Of a stretch of 64,000 bases of DNA, positions 1 through 14,900 are shown in pieces. The stretch is from the NCBI RefSeq assembly GCF_009914755.1, contig NC_060939.1; one strand, given 5' to 3'. The notes under the pieces were generated by a model. It did not search any database and was not told the DNA's origin. It worked only from the letters and a program-made list of their open reading frames with translations. Numbering within the stretch: position 1 is the stretch's first letter; each line of letters begins with the position of its first letter. Made by a program: the position numbers and the translations under genes. Source of the DNA: the human T2T-CHM13v2.0 reference genome, Homo sapiens.

Positions 1-199
1 CCATTCCATTCGAGCACATTCCATTGGAGTCCATTCCATTCGATGCCATTCCATTTGATTCTATTCCATTAGTCTCCATTCAATTCCATTAATCTCCATT
101 CCATTCCATTCTACTCCAACTGATTCCATTCCATTCTATTCCTTTCCATTCCATTTCATTCCATTCCATTCCATTTCATTCCATTCCATTCCATTTCAT

Positions 200-3100
200 T
201 CCATTCCATTCCATTCGCTTCCATTCCATTCGTGTCCATTCCACTCCAGTCCATTCCATTCGTGTCCATTCCATTCCAGTCCATTCCATTTGTGTCCACT
301 GCATTCCATTCCACTCCATTCCATATTATTCCATTACACTCCATTCCATTCTATTACTTTCATTTCCATTCAATTCCATTCCATTTGATTCCATTCCACT
401 CGGTTTCATTCCATTTGAGTCCACTCCATTCCATTCCATTCCATTCCTTTCACTTCCATTCCATTCCGTTCCATTCCATTCCGTTCCATTGCATTCCATT
501 CCATTCGGTACCATTCCATATTGTTCCATTCGATTCCATTCGAATCCATTCCATTCCAGTCCATTCCATTCGATTCCATTCCATTCCTTTCAATTCCATT
601 CCATTCCATTCATTCCACTTGATTCCACTCCATTCCCTTCCACTGCATTCCATTCGATTCCATTCCATTGCATTGCATTCCATTCCATTGGACTGCATTC
701 CATTCGATTCCATTCCATTCGAATCAATTACATAGCAATCCATTACATTCGGGTCTATTCTATTCCGTTCCATTCGATTTCGTTCCAATCCATTCGATTC
801 CATTCCATTCGATTCCATTCCATACTATTGCATTCCATTCGATTACATTATATTCGAATAAGTTGCATTCAAGACCATTTCTTTTGAGTCCATTCTATTT
901 GAGTCCATTCCCTTTGATTCCATAACATTTGAGTCCATTCAATTCCATTCCTTTCGTTTGCATTCCATTTGATGCCATTCCATTCAATTCTGTTCTACTC
1001 GACTCCAATACATTCAATTCCATTCCATCCGATTCCATTACATTCTTTTCATTTCTTATCCATTTCAAGCCATTCCACTCCATTCCATTCCACTCGTTTC
1101 CTTTCCATTCGAGTCCATTCCTCTCCAGTCCATTCCGTTCAATCCATTCCATTCCAGTCCATTCCATTCGAGTCCGTTCCATTCCAGTCCAATCCATTCG
1201 AGTAAATTCCATCCCATTCGATGTCTTTCCATAACGATCCATTCCATTCTATTCCTTTCGATTCCATTCCATTCTATTTCATTCCATTCGATTCCCTTCC
1301 ATTGGACTCCTTTCCATTCGAGTGCATTCCATTCCGTTCCATTTCTTTCCGTTCTGTACGATTCCTACCGTTCGATTTCATTTTGTTCCAGTCCATTCCT
1401 TTCGCGTCCATTGCATTCCATTTCACTCCATTCGATTCCATTCCACTCGATTCCACTTCGTTCCATTTCATTGCATTCCATTCTATTCAACTCTATTGCC
1501 TTCCATTCCATTCCATTCGATTACATTCCATGCGATTCCATTCGAAATCGAATCAATTACATTGCAATCCATTACTATTGAGTCCATTTTATTCCAGTCC
1601 ACTGCATTCTGGTCCATTCCATTTGATTCCATTCCATTCTATTCCATTCCATACAGTTGCATTCCATTGGATTCCATTCTATATCTATAAATTCAATTCG
1701 AGACCATTGCTTTTGAATCCATTCTATATGATTCCATTCCATTCAAGTCCATTACATTTGGTTCAAATCCATTCCATTCCATTCCCTTCCATTCCATTCC
1801 AGTTGATATCAATCCATTCGATTCCATTCCATTCGAGCACATTCCATTCGAGTCCATTCCATTCGATGCCATTCCATTTGATTCTATTCCATTAGTCTCC
1901 ATTCAATTCCATTAATCTCCATTCCATTCCATTCTACTCCAACTGATTCCATTCCATTCTATTCCTTTCCATTCCATTTCATTCCATTCCATTCCATTCC
2001 ATTCCATTCCATTCCATTCCATTCGCTTCCATTCCATTCGTGTCCATTCCACTCCAGTCCATTCCATTCGTGTCCATTCCATTCCAGTCCATTCCATTTG
2101 TGTCCACTGCATTCCATTCCACTCCATTCCATATTATTCCATTACACTCCATTCCATTCTATTACTTTCATTTCCATTCAATTCCGTTGCATTTGATTCC
2201 ATTCCACACGGTTTCATTCCATTTGAGTCCACTCCATTCCATTCCATTCCATTCCGTTCAGTTCCATTCCATTCTGTTCCATTCCATTCCGTTCCATTGC
2301 ATTACATTCCATTCGGTACCATTCCACATTGTTCCATTCGATTCCATTCGAATCCATTCCATTCCAGTCCATTCCATTCGATTCCATTCCATTCCTTTCA
2401 ATTCTATTCCATTCCATTCCATTCCACTTGATTCCACTCCATTCCATTCCACTGCATTCCATTCGATTCCATTCCATTGCATTGCATTCCATTCCATTGG
2501 ACTGCATTCCATTCGATTCCATTCCATTCGAATCAATTACATAGCAATCCATTACATTCGGGTCTATTCTATTCCGTTCCATTCGATTTCATTCCAATCC
2601 ATTCGATTCCATTCCATACTATTGCATTCCATTCTATTACATTTTATTCGAATAAGTTCCATTCAAGACCATTTCTTTTGAGTCCATTCTATTTGAGTCC
2701 ATTCTATTTGAATCCATTCCCTTTGATTCCATAACATTTGAGTCCATTCAATTCCATTCCTTTCGTTTCCATTCCATTTGATGCCATTCCATTCAATTCT
2801 GTTCTACTCGACTCCAATACATTCAATTCCATTCCATCCGATTCCATTACATTCTTTTCATTTCTTATCCATTTCAAGCCATTCCACTCCATTCCATTCC
2901 ACTCGTTTCCTTTCCATTCGAGTCCATTCCTCTCCAGTCCATTCCGTTCAATCCATTCCATTCCAGTCCATTCCATTCGAGTCCGTTCCATTCCATTCCA
3001 TTCCATTCGAGTCAATTCCATTCCATTCGATGTCTTTCCATAACGATCCATTCCATTCTATTCCTTTCGATTCCATTCCATTCTATTTCATTCCATTCGA

Positions 3101-6100
3101 TTCCCTTCCATTGGACTCCTTTCCATTCGAGTGCATTCCATTCCGTTCCATTTCTTTCCGTTCTGTACGATTCCTACCGTTCGATTTCATTTTGTTCCAG
3201 TCCATTCATTTCGCGTCCATTCCATTCCATTTCACTCCATTCGATTCCATTCCACTCGATTCCACTTCGTTCCATTTCATTGCATTCCATTCTATTCAAC
3301 TCTATTGCCTTCCATTCCATTCCATTCGATTACATTCCATGCGATTCCATTCGAAATCGAATCAATTACATTGCAATCCATTACTATTGAGTCCATTTTA
3401 TTCCAGTCCACTGCATTCTGGTCCATTCCATTTGATTCCATTCCATTCTATTCCATTCCATACAGTTGCATTCCATTGGATTCCATTCTATATCTATAAA
3501 TTCAATTCGAGACCATTGCTTTTGAATCCATTCGATATGATTCCATTCCATTCAAGTCCATTACATTTGGTTCAATTCCATTCCATTCCATTCCCTTCCA
3601 TTCCATTCCAGTTGATATCAATCCATTCGATTCCATTCCATTCGAGCACATTCCATTTGAGTCCATTCCATTCGATGCCATTCCATTTGATTCTATTCCA
3701 TTAGTCTCCATTCAATTCCATTAATCTCCATTCCATTCCATTCTACTCCAACTGATTCCATTCCATTCTATTCCTTTCCATTCCATTTCATTCCATTCCA
3801 TTCCATTTCATTCCATTCCATTCCATTCGCTTCCATTCCATTCGTGTCCATTCCACTCCAGTCCATTCCATTCGTGTCCATTCCATTCCAGTCCATTCCA
3901 TTTGTGTCCACTGCATTCCATTCCACTCCATTCCATATTATTCCATTACACTCCATTCCATTCTATTACTTTTATTTCCATTCAATTCCATTCCATTTGA
4001 TTCCATTCCACTCGGTTTCATTCCATTTGAGTCCACTCCATTCCATTCCATTCCATTCCATTCAGTTCCATTCCATTCCATTCCATTCCATTCCGTTCCA
4101 TTGCATTCCATTCCATTCGGTACCATTCCATATTGTTCCATTCGATTCCATTCGAATCCATTCCATTCCAGTCCATTCCATTCGATTCCATTCCATTCCT
4201 TTCAATTCCATTCCATTCCATTCCATTCCACTTGATTCCACTCCATTCCCTTCCACTGCATTCCGTTCGATTCCATTCCATTGCATTGCATTCCATTCCA
4301 TTGGACTGCATTCCATTTGATTCCATTCCATTCGAATCAATTACATAGCAATCCATTACATTCGAGTCTATTCTATTCCGTTCCATTCGATTTCGTTCCA
4401 ATCCATTCGATTCCATTCCATTCGATTCCATTCCATACTATTGCATTCCATTCGATTACATTATATTCGAATAAGTTGCATTCAAGACCATTTCTTTTGA
4501 GTCCATTCTATTTGAGTCCATTCCCTTTGATTCCATAACATTTGAGTCCATTCAATTCCATTCCTTTCGTTTCCATTCCATTTGATGCCATTCCATTCAA
4601 TTCTGTTCTACTCGACTCCAATACATTCAATTCCATTCCATCCGATTCCATTACATTCTTTTCATTTCTTATCCATTTCAAGCCATTCCACTCCATTCCA
4701 TTCCACTCGTTTCCTTTCCATTCGAGTCCATTCCTCTCCAGTCCATTCCGTTCAATCCATTCCATTACAGTCCATTCCATTCGAGTCCGTTCCATTCCAG
4801 TCCAATCCATTCGAGTCAATTCCATCCCATTCGATGTCTTTCCATAACGATCCATTCCATTCTATTCCTTTCGATTCCATTCCATTCTATTTCATTCCAT
4901 TCGATTCCCTTCCATTGGACTCCTTTCCATTCGAGTGCATTCCATTCCGTTCCATTTCTTTCCGTTCTGTACGATTCCTACCGTTCGATTTCATTTTGTT
5001 CCAGTCCATTCCTTTCGCGTCCATTGCATTCCATTTCACTCCATTCGATTCCATTCCACTCGATTCCACTTCGTTCCATTTCATTGCATTCCATTCTATT
5101 CAACTCTATTGCCTTCCATTCCATTCCATTCGATTACATTCCATGCGATTCCATTCGAAATCGAATCAATTACATTGCAATCCATTACTATTGAGTCCAT
5201 TTTATTCCAGTCCACTGCATTCTGGTCCATTCCATTTGATTCCATTCCATTCTATTCCATTCCATACAGTTGCATTCCATTGGATTCCATTCTATATCTA
5301 TAAATTCAATTCGAGACCATTGCTTTTGAATCCATTCTATATGATTCCATTCCATTCAAGTCCATTACATTTGGTTCAAATCCATTCCATTCCATTCCCT
5401 TCCATTCCATTCCAGTTGATATCAATCCATTCGATTCCATTCCATTCGAGCACATTCCATTCGAGTCCATTCCATTCGATGCCATTCCATTTGATTCTAT
5501 TCCATTAGTCTCCATTCAATTCCATTAATCTCCATTCCATTCCATTCTACTCCAACTGATTCCATTCCATTCTATTCCTTTCCATTCCATTTCATTCCAT
5601 TCCATTCCATTCCATTCCATTCCATTCGCTTCCATTCCATTCGTGTCCATTCCACTCCAGTCCATTCCATTCGTGTCCATTCCATTCCAGTCCATTCCAT
5701 TTGTGTCCACTGCATTCCATTCCACTCCATTCCATATTATTCCATTACACTCCATTCCATTCTATTACTTTCATTTCCATTCAATTCTGTTCCATTTGAT
5801 TCCATTCCACTCGGTTTCATTCCATTTGAGTCCACTCCATTCCATTCCATTCCATTCCGTTCAGTTCCATTCCATTCTGTTCCATTCCATTCCGTTCCAT
5901 TGCATTCCATTCCATTCGGTACCATTCCACATTGTTCCATTCGATTCCATTCGAATCCATTCCATTCCAGTCCATTCCATTCGATTCCATTCCATTCCTT
6001 TCAATTCTATTCCATTCCATTCCATTCCACTTGATTCCACTCCATTCCCTTCCACTGCATTCCATTCGATTCCATTCCATTGCATTGCATTCCATTCCAT

Positions 6101-8950
6101 TGGACTGCATTCCATTCGATTCCATTCCATTCGAATCAATTACATATCAATCCATTACATTCGGGTCTATTCTATTCCGTTCCATTCGATTTCATTCCAA
6201 TCCATTCGATTCCATTCCATACTATTGCATTCCATTCGATTACATTTTATTCGAATAAGTTCCATTCAAGACCATTTCTTTTGAGTCCATTCTATTTGAG
6301 TCCATTCTATTTGAATCCATTCCCTTTGATTCCATAACATTTGAGTCCATTCAATTCCATTCCTTTCGTTTCCATTCCATTTGATGCCATTCCATTCAAT
6401 TCTGTTCTACTCGACTCCAATACATTCAATTCCATTCCATCCGATTCCATTACATTCTTTTCCTTTCTTATCCATTTCAAGCCATTCCACTCCATTCCAT
6501 TCCACTCGTTTCCTTTCCATTCGAGTCCATTCCTCTCCAGTCCATTCCGTTCAATCCATTCCATTCCAGTCCATTCCATTCGAGTCCGTTCCAATCCATT
6601 CCATTCCATTCGAGTCAATTCCATTCCATTCGATGTCTTTCCATAACGATCCATTCCATTCTATTCCTTTCGATTCCATTCCATTCTATTTCATTCCATT
6701 CGATTCCCTTCCATTGGACTCCTTTCCATTCGAGTGCATTCCATTCCGTTCCATTTCTTTCCGTTCTGTACGATTCCTACCGTTCGATTTCATTTTGTTC
6801 CAGTCCATTCCTTTCGCGTCCATTCCATTCCATTTCACTCCATTCGGTTCCATTCCACTCGATTCCACTTCGTTCCATTTCATTGCATTCCATTCTATTC
6901 AACTCTATTGCCTTCCATTCCATTCCATTCCATTACATTCCATGCGATTCCATTCGAAATCGAATCAATTACATTGCAATCCATTACTATTGAGTCCATT
7001 TTATTCCAGTCCACTGCATTCTGGTCCATTCCATTTGATTCCATTCCATTCTATTCCATTCCATACAGTTGCATTCCATTGGATTCCATTCTATATCTAT
7101 AAATTCAATTCGAGACCATTGCTTTTGAATCCATTCCATATGATTCCATTCCATTCAAGTCCATTACATTTGCTTCAATTCCATTCCATTCCATTCCCTT
7201 CCATTCCATTCCAGTTGATATCAATCCATTCGATTCCATTCCATTCGAGCACATTCCATTCGAGTCCATTCCATTCGATGCCATTCCATTTGATTCTATT
7301 CCATTAGTCTCCATTCAATTCCATTAATCTCCATTCCATTCCATTCTACTCCAACTGATTCCATTCCATTCTATTCCTTTCCATTCCATTTCATTCCATT
7401 CCATTCCATTTCATTCCATTCCATTCCATTTCATTCCATTCCATTCCATTCGCTTCCATTCCATTCGTGTCCATTCCACTCCAGTCCATTCCATTCGTGT
7501 CCATTCCATTCCAGTCCATTCCATTTGTGTCCACTGCATTCCATTCCACTCCATTCCATATTATTCCATTACACTCCATTCCATTCTATTACTTTCATTT
7601 CCATTCAATTCCATTCCATTTGATTCCATTCCACTCGGTTTCATTCCATTTGAGTCCACTCCATTCCATTCCATTCCATTCCATTCACTTCCATTCCATT
7701 CCGTTCCATTCCATTCCGTTCCATTGCATTCCATTCCATTCGGTACCATTCCATATTGTTCCATTCGATTCCATTCGAATCCATTCCATTCCAGTCCATT
7801 CCATTCGATTCCATTCCATTCCTTTCCATTCCATTCCATTCCATTCCATTCCACTTGATTCCACTCCATTCCCTTCCACTGCATTCCATTCGATTCCATT
7901 CCATTGCATTGCATTCCATTCCATTGGACTGCATTCCATTCGATTCCATTCCATTCGAATCAATTACATAGCAATCCATTACATTCGGGTCTATTCTATT
8001 CCGTTCCATTCGATTTCGTTCCAATCCATTCGATTCCATTCCATTCGATTCCATTCCATACTATTGCATTCCATTCTATTACATTATATTCGAATAAGTT
8101 CCATTCAAGACCATTTCTTTTGAGTCCATTCTATTTGAGTCCATTCCCTTTGATTCCATAACATTTGAGTCCATTCAATTCCATTCCTTTCGTTTCCATT
8201 CCATTTGATGCCATTCCATTCAATTCTGTTCTACTCGACTCCAATACATTCAATTCCATTCCATCCGATTCCATTACATTCTTTTCATTTCTTATCCATT
8301 TCAAGCCATTCCACTCCATTCCATTCCACTCGTTTCCTTTCCATTCGAGTCCATTCCTCTCCAGTCCATTCCGTTCAATCCATTCCATTCCAGTCCATTC
8401 CACTCGAGTCCGTTCCATTCCAGTCCAATCCATTCGAGTCAATTCCATCCCATTCGATGTCTTTCCATAACGATCCATTCCATTCTATTCCTTTCGATTC
8501 CATTCCATTCTATTTCATTCCATTCGATTCCCTTCCATTGGACTCCTTTCCATTCGAGTGCATTCCATTCCGTTCCATTTCTTTCCGTTCTGTACGATTC
8601 CTACCGTTCGATTTCATTTTGTTCCAGTCCATTCCTTTCGCGTCCATTCCATTCCATTTCACTCCATTCGATTCCATTCCACTCGATTCCACTTCGTTCC
8701 ATTTCATTGCATTCCATTCTATTCAACTCTATTGCCTTCCATTCCATTCCATTCGATTACATTCCATGCGATTCCATTCGAAATCGAGTCAATTACATTG
8801 CAATCCATTACTATTGAGTCCATTTTATTCCAGTCCACTGCATTCTGGTCCATTCCATTTGATTCCATTCCATTTATTCCATTCCATACAGTTGCATTCC
8901 ATTGGATTCCATTCTATATCTATAAATTCAATTCGAGACCATTGCTTTTG
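200..8950 (+). repeat. Diverged dimeric (~3.6 kb) higher-order block, A-B-A'-B'-A pattern
   Basis: Alternate monomers share private variants: 'ggttcaaatcc' at ~1764 and ~5377, 'gcgtccattgcatt' at ~1410 and ~5023, an extra 15-bp 'attctatttgaatcc' at ~2701 and ~6304, and 'ccacattgtt' at ~2325 and ~5927. Periods are 3613 and 3603 bp. Boundaries are approximate. Confidence 0.7.
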
Positions 8951-11900
8951 AGTCCATTCTGTATGATTCCATTCCATTCAAGTCCATTACATTTGGTTCA
9001 ATTCCATTCCATTCCATTCCCTTCCATTCCATTCCAGTTGATATCAATCCATTCGATTCCATTCCATTCGAGCACATTCCATTCGAGTCCATTCCATTCG
9101 ATGCCATTCCATTTGATTCTATTCCATTAGTCTCCATTCAATTCCATTAATCTCCATTCCATTCCATTCTACTCCAACTGATTCCATTCCATTCTATTCC
9201 TTTCCATTCCATTTCATTCCATTCCATTCCATTTCATTCCATTCCATTCCATTCGCTTCCATTCCATTCGTGTCCATTCCACTCCAGTCCATTCCATTCG
9301 TGTCCATTCCATTCCAGTCCATTCCATTTGTGTCCACTGCATTCCATTCCACTCCATTCCATATTATTCCATTGCACTCCATTCCATTCTATTACTTTCA
9401 TTTCCATTCAATTCCATTCCATTTGATTCCATTCCACTCGGTTTCATTCCATTTGAGTCCACTCCATTCCATTCCATTCAGTTCCATTCTATTCTGTTCC
9501 ATTCCATTCCGTTCCATTGCATTCCATTCCATTCGGTACCATTCCATATTGTTCCATTCGATTCCATTCGAATCCATTCCATTCCATTCGATTCCATTCC
9601 ATTCCTTTCCATTCCATTCCATTCCATTCCATTCCATTCCACTTGATTCCACTCCATTCCCTTCCACTGCATTCCATTCGATTCCATTCCATTGCATTGC
9701 ATTCCATTCCATTGGACTGCATTCCATTCGATTCCATTCCATTCGAATCAATTACATAGCAATCCATTACATTCGAGTCTATTCTATTCCGTTCCATTCG
9801 ATTTCATTCCAATCCATTCGATTCCATTCCATACTATTGCATTCCATTCGATTACATTATATTCGAATAAGTTCCATTCAAGACCATTTCTTTTGAGTCC
9901 ATTCTATTTGAGTCCATTCCCTTTGATTCCATAACATTTGAGTCCATTCAATTCCATTCCTTTCGTTTCCATTCCATTTGATGCCATTCCATTCAATTCT
10001 GTTCTACTCGACTCCAATACATTGAATTCTATTCCATCCGATTCCATTACATTCTTTTCATTTCTTATCCATTTCAAGCCATTCCACTCCATTCCATTCC
10101 ACTCGTTTCCTTTCCATTCGAGTCCATTCCTCTCCAGTCCATTCCGTTCAATCCATTCCATTCCAGTCCATTCCATTCGAGTCCGTTCCATTCCAGTCCA
10201 TTCCATTCGAGTCAATTCCATCCCATTCGATGTCTTTCCATAACGATCCATTCCATTCTATTCCTTTCGATTCCATTCCTTTCTATTTCATTCCATTCGA
10301 TTCCCTTCCATTGGACTCCTTTCCATTCGAGTGCATTCCATTCCGTTCCATTTCTTTCCGTTCTGTACGATTCCTACCGTTCGATTTCATTTTGTTCCAG
10401 TCCATTCCTTTCGCGTCCATTCCATTCCATTTCACTCCATTCGATTCCATTCCACTCGATTCCACTTCGTTCCATTTCATTGCATTCCATTCTATTCAAC
10501 TCTATTGCCTTCCATTCCATTCCATTCGATTACATTCCATGCGATTCCATTTGAAATCGAATCAATTACATTGCAATCCATTACTATTGAGTCCATTTTA
10601 TTCCAGTCCACTGCATTCTGGTCCATTCCATTTGATTCCATTCCATTCTATTCCATTCCATACAGTTGCATTCCATTGGATTCCATTCTATATCTATAAA
10701 TTCAATTCGAGACCATTGCTTTTGAGTCCATTCTATATGATTCCATTCCATTCAAGTCCATTACATTTGGTTCAATTCCATTCCATTCCATTCCCTTCCA
10801 TTCCAGTTGATATCAATCCATTCGATTCCATTCCATTCGAGCACATTCCATTCGAGTCCATTCCATTCGATGCCATTCCATTTGATTCCATTCCATTAGT
10901 CTCCATTCAATTCCATTAATCTCCATTCCATTCCATTCTACTCCAACTGATTCCATTCCATTCTATTCCTTTCCATTCCATTTCATTCCATTCCATTCCA
11001 TTTCATTCCATTCCATTCCATTCGCTTCCATTCCATTCGTGTCCATTCCACTCCAGTCCATTCCATTCATGTCCATTCCATTCCAGTCCATTCCATTTGT
11101 GTCCACTGCATTCCATTCCACTCCATTCCATATTATTCCATTACACTCCATTCCATTCTATTACTTTCATTTCCATTCAATTCCATTCCATTTGATTCCA
11201 TTCCACTGGGTTTCATTCCATTTGAATCCACTCCATTCCATTCCATTCCATTCAATTCAGTTCCATTCTATTCTGTTCCATTCCATTCCGTTCCATTGAA
11301 TTCCATTCCATTCGGTACCATTCCATATTGTTCCATTCGATTCCATTCGAATCCATTCCATTCCAGTCCATTCCATTCGATTCCATTCCATTCCTTTCAA
11401 TTCCATTCCATTCCATTCCATTCCACTTGATTCCACTCCATTCCCTTCCACTGCATTCCATTCGATTCCGTTCCATTGCATTGCATTCCATTCCATTGGA
11501 CTGCATTCCATGCGATTCCATTCCATTCGAATCAATTACATAGCAATCCATTACATTCGAGTCTATTCTATTCCGTTCCATTCGATTTCATTCCAATCCA
11601 TTCGATTCCATTCCATTCGATTCCATTCCATACTATTGCATTCCATTCGATTACATTATATTCGAATAAGTTCCATTCAAGACCATTTCTTTTGATTCCA
11701 TTCTATTTGAGTCCATTCCCTTTGATTCCATAACATTTGAGTCCATTCAATTCCATTCCTTTCGTTTCCATTCCATTTGATGCCATTCCATTCAATTCTG
11801 TTCTACTCGACTCCAATACATTCAATTCCATTCCATCCGATTCCATTACATTCTTTTCATTTCTTATCCATTTCAAGCCATTCCACTCCATTCCATTCCA

Positions 11901-14900
11901 CTCGTTTCCTTTCCATTCGAGTCCATTCCTCTCCAGTCCATTCCGTTCAATCCATTCCATTCCAGTCCATTCCATTCGAGTCCGTTCCATTCCAGTCCAT
12001 TCCATTCGAGTCAATTCCATCCCATTCGATGTCTTTCCATAACGATCCATTCCATTCTATTCCTTTCGATTCCATTCCATTCTATTTCATTCCATTCGAT
12101 TCCCTTCCATTGGACTCCTTTCCATTCGAGTGCATTCCATTCCGTTCCATTTCTTTCCGTTCTGTACGATTCCTACCGTTCGATTTCATTTTGTTCCAGT
12201 CCATTCCTTTCGCGTCCATTCCATTCCATTTCACTCCATTCGATTCCATTCCACTCGATTCCACTTCGTTCCATTTCATTGCATTCCATTCTATTCAACT
12301 CTATTGCCTTCCATTCCATTCCATTCAATTACATTCCATGCGATTCCATTCGAAATCGAATCAATTACATTGCAATCCATTACTATTGAGTCCATTTTAT
12401 TCCAGTCCACTGCATTCTGGTCCATTCCATTTGATTCCATTCCATTCTATTCCATTCCATACAGTTGCATTCCATTGGATTCCATTCTATATCTATAAAT
12501 TCAATTCGAGACCATTGCTTTTGAGTCCATTCTATATGATTCCATTCCATTCAAGTCCATTACATTTGGTTCAATTCCATTCCATTCCATTCCCTTCCAT
12601 TCCATTCCAGTTGATATCAATCCATTCGATTCCATTCCATTCGAGCACATTCCATTCGAGTCCATTCCATTCGATGCCATTCCATTTGATTCTATTCCAT
12701 TAGTCTCCATTCAATTCCATTAATCTCCATTCCATTCCATTCTATTCCAACTGATTCCATTCCATTCTATTCCTTTCCATTCCATTTCATTCCATTCCAT
12801 TCCATTTCATTCCATTCCATTCCATTCGCTTCCATTCCATTCGTGTCCATTCCACTCCAGTCCATTCCATTCGTGTCCATTCCATTCCAGTCCATTCCAT
12901 TTGTGTCCACTGCATTCCATTCCACTCCATACCATATTATTCCATTACACTCCATTCCATTCTATTACTTTCATTTCCATTCAATTCCATTCCATTTGAT
13001 TCCACTCCACTCGGTTTCATTCCATTTGAGTCCACTCCATTCCATTCCATTCCATTCCATTCAGTTCCATTCCATTCTGTTCCATTCCATTCCGTTCCAT
13101 TGCATTCCATTCCATTCGGTACCATTCCATATTGTTCCATTCGATTCCATTCGAATCCATTCCATTCCAGTCCATTCCATTCGATTCCATTCCATTCCTT
13201 TCAATTCCATTCCATTCCATTCCATTCCACTTGATTCCACTCCATTCCCTTCCACTGCATTCCATTCGATTCCATTCCATTGCATTGCATTCCATTCCAT
13301 TGGACTGCATTCCATTCGATTCCATTCCATTCGAATCAATTACATAGCAATCCATTACATTCGAGTCTATTCTATTCCGTTCCATTCGATTTCGTTCCAA
13401 CCCCTTCGATTCCATTCCATTCGATTCCATTCCATACTATTGCATTCCATTCTATTACATTATATTCGAATAAGTTCCATTCAAGACCATTTCTTTTGAG
13501 TCCATTCTATTTGAGTCCATTCCCTTTGATTCCATAACATTTGAGTCCATTCAATTCCATTCCTTTCGTTTCCATTCCATTTGATGCCATTCCATTCAAT
13601 TCTGTTCTACTCGACTCCAATACATTCAATTCCATTCCATCCGATTCCATTACATTCTTTTCATTTCTTATCCATTTCAAGCCATTCCACTCCATTCCAT
13701 TCCACTCGTTTCCTTTCCATTCGAGTCCATTCCTCTCCAGTCCATTCCATTCAATCCATTCCATTCCAGTCCATTCCATTCGAGTCCGTTCCATTCCAGT
13801 CCATTCCATTCGAGTCAATTCCATTCCATTCGATGTCTTTCCATAACGATCCATTCCATTCTATTCCTTTCGATTCCATTCCATTCTATTTCATTCCATT
13901 CGATTCCCTTCCATTGGACTCCTTTCCATTCGAGTGCATTCCATTCCGTTCCATTTCTTTCCGTTCTGTACAATTCCTACCGTTCGATTTCATTTTGTTC
14001 CAGTCCATTCCTTTCGCGTCCATTCCATTCCATTTCACTCCATTCGATTCCATTCCACTCGATTCCACTTCGTTCCATTTCATTGCATTCCATTCTATTC
14101 AACTCTATTGCCTTCCATTCCATTCCATTCGATTACATTCCATGCGATTCCATTCGAAATCGAATCAATTACATTGCAATCCATTACTATTGAGTCCGTT
14201 TTATTCCAGTCCACTGCATTCTGGTCCATTCCATTTGATTCCATTCCATTCTATTCCATTCCATACAGTTGCATTCCATTGGATTCCATGCTATATCTAT
14301 AAATTAAATTCGAGACCATTGCTTTTGAGTCCATTCTATATGATTCCATTCCATTCAAGTCCATTACATTTGGTTCCATTCCATTCCATTCCATTCCCTT
14401 CCATTCCATTCCATTTGATATCAATCCATTCGACTCCATTCCATTCGAGCACATTCCATTCGAGTCCATTCCATTCGATGCCATTCCATTTGATTCTATT
14501 CCATTAGTCTCCATTCAATTCCATTAATCTCCATTCCATTCCATTCTACTCCAACTGATTCCATTCCATTCTATTCCTTTCCATTCCATTTCATTCCATT
14601 CCATTCCATTTCATTCCATTCCATTCCATTCGTGTCCATTCCACTCCAGTCCATTCCATTCGTGTCCATTCCATTCCAGTCCATTCCATTTGTGTCCACT
14701 GCATTAAATTCCACTCCATTCCATATTATTCCATTACACTCCATTCCATTCTATTACTTTCATTTCCATTCAATTCCATTCCATTTGATTCCATTCCACT
14801 CGGTTTCATTCCATTTGAGTCCACTCCATTCCATTCCATTCCATTCCATTCAGTTAAATTCCATTCTGTTCCATTCCATTCCGTTCCATTACATTCCATT

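Noticed and set aside
1535-1560. Heat-shock element at 'ttcgaaatcgaatc'
   Set aside because: The spacing does not give canonical inverted nGAAn units (TTCnnGAAnnTTC); only direct GAA repeats occur on the minus strand.
1-7300. Y-chromosome DYZ1 (3.6 kb) or chr1 HSat2 (1.8 kb) identity
   Set aside because: The basic period is 1.8 kb with near-identical adjacent units, the 3.6 kb signal is only a local dimer, and HaeIII sites are not periodic. The HSat2 GATGAT motif was not seen.
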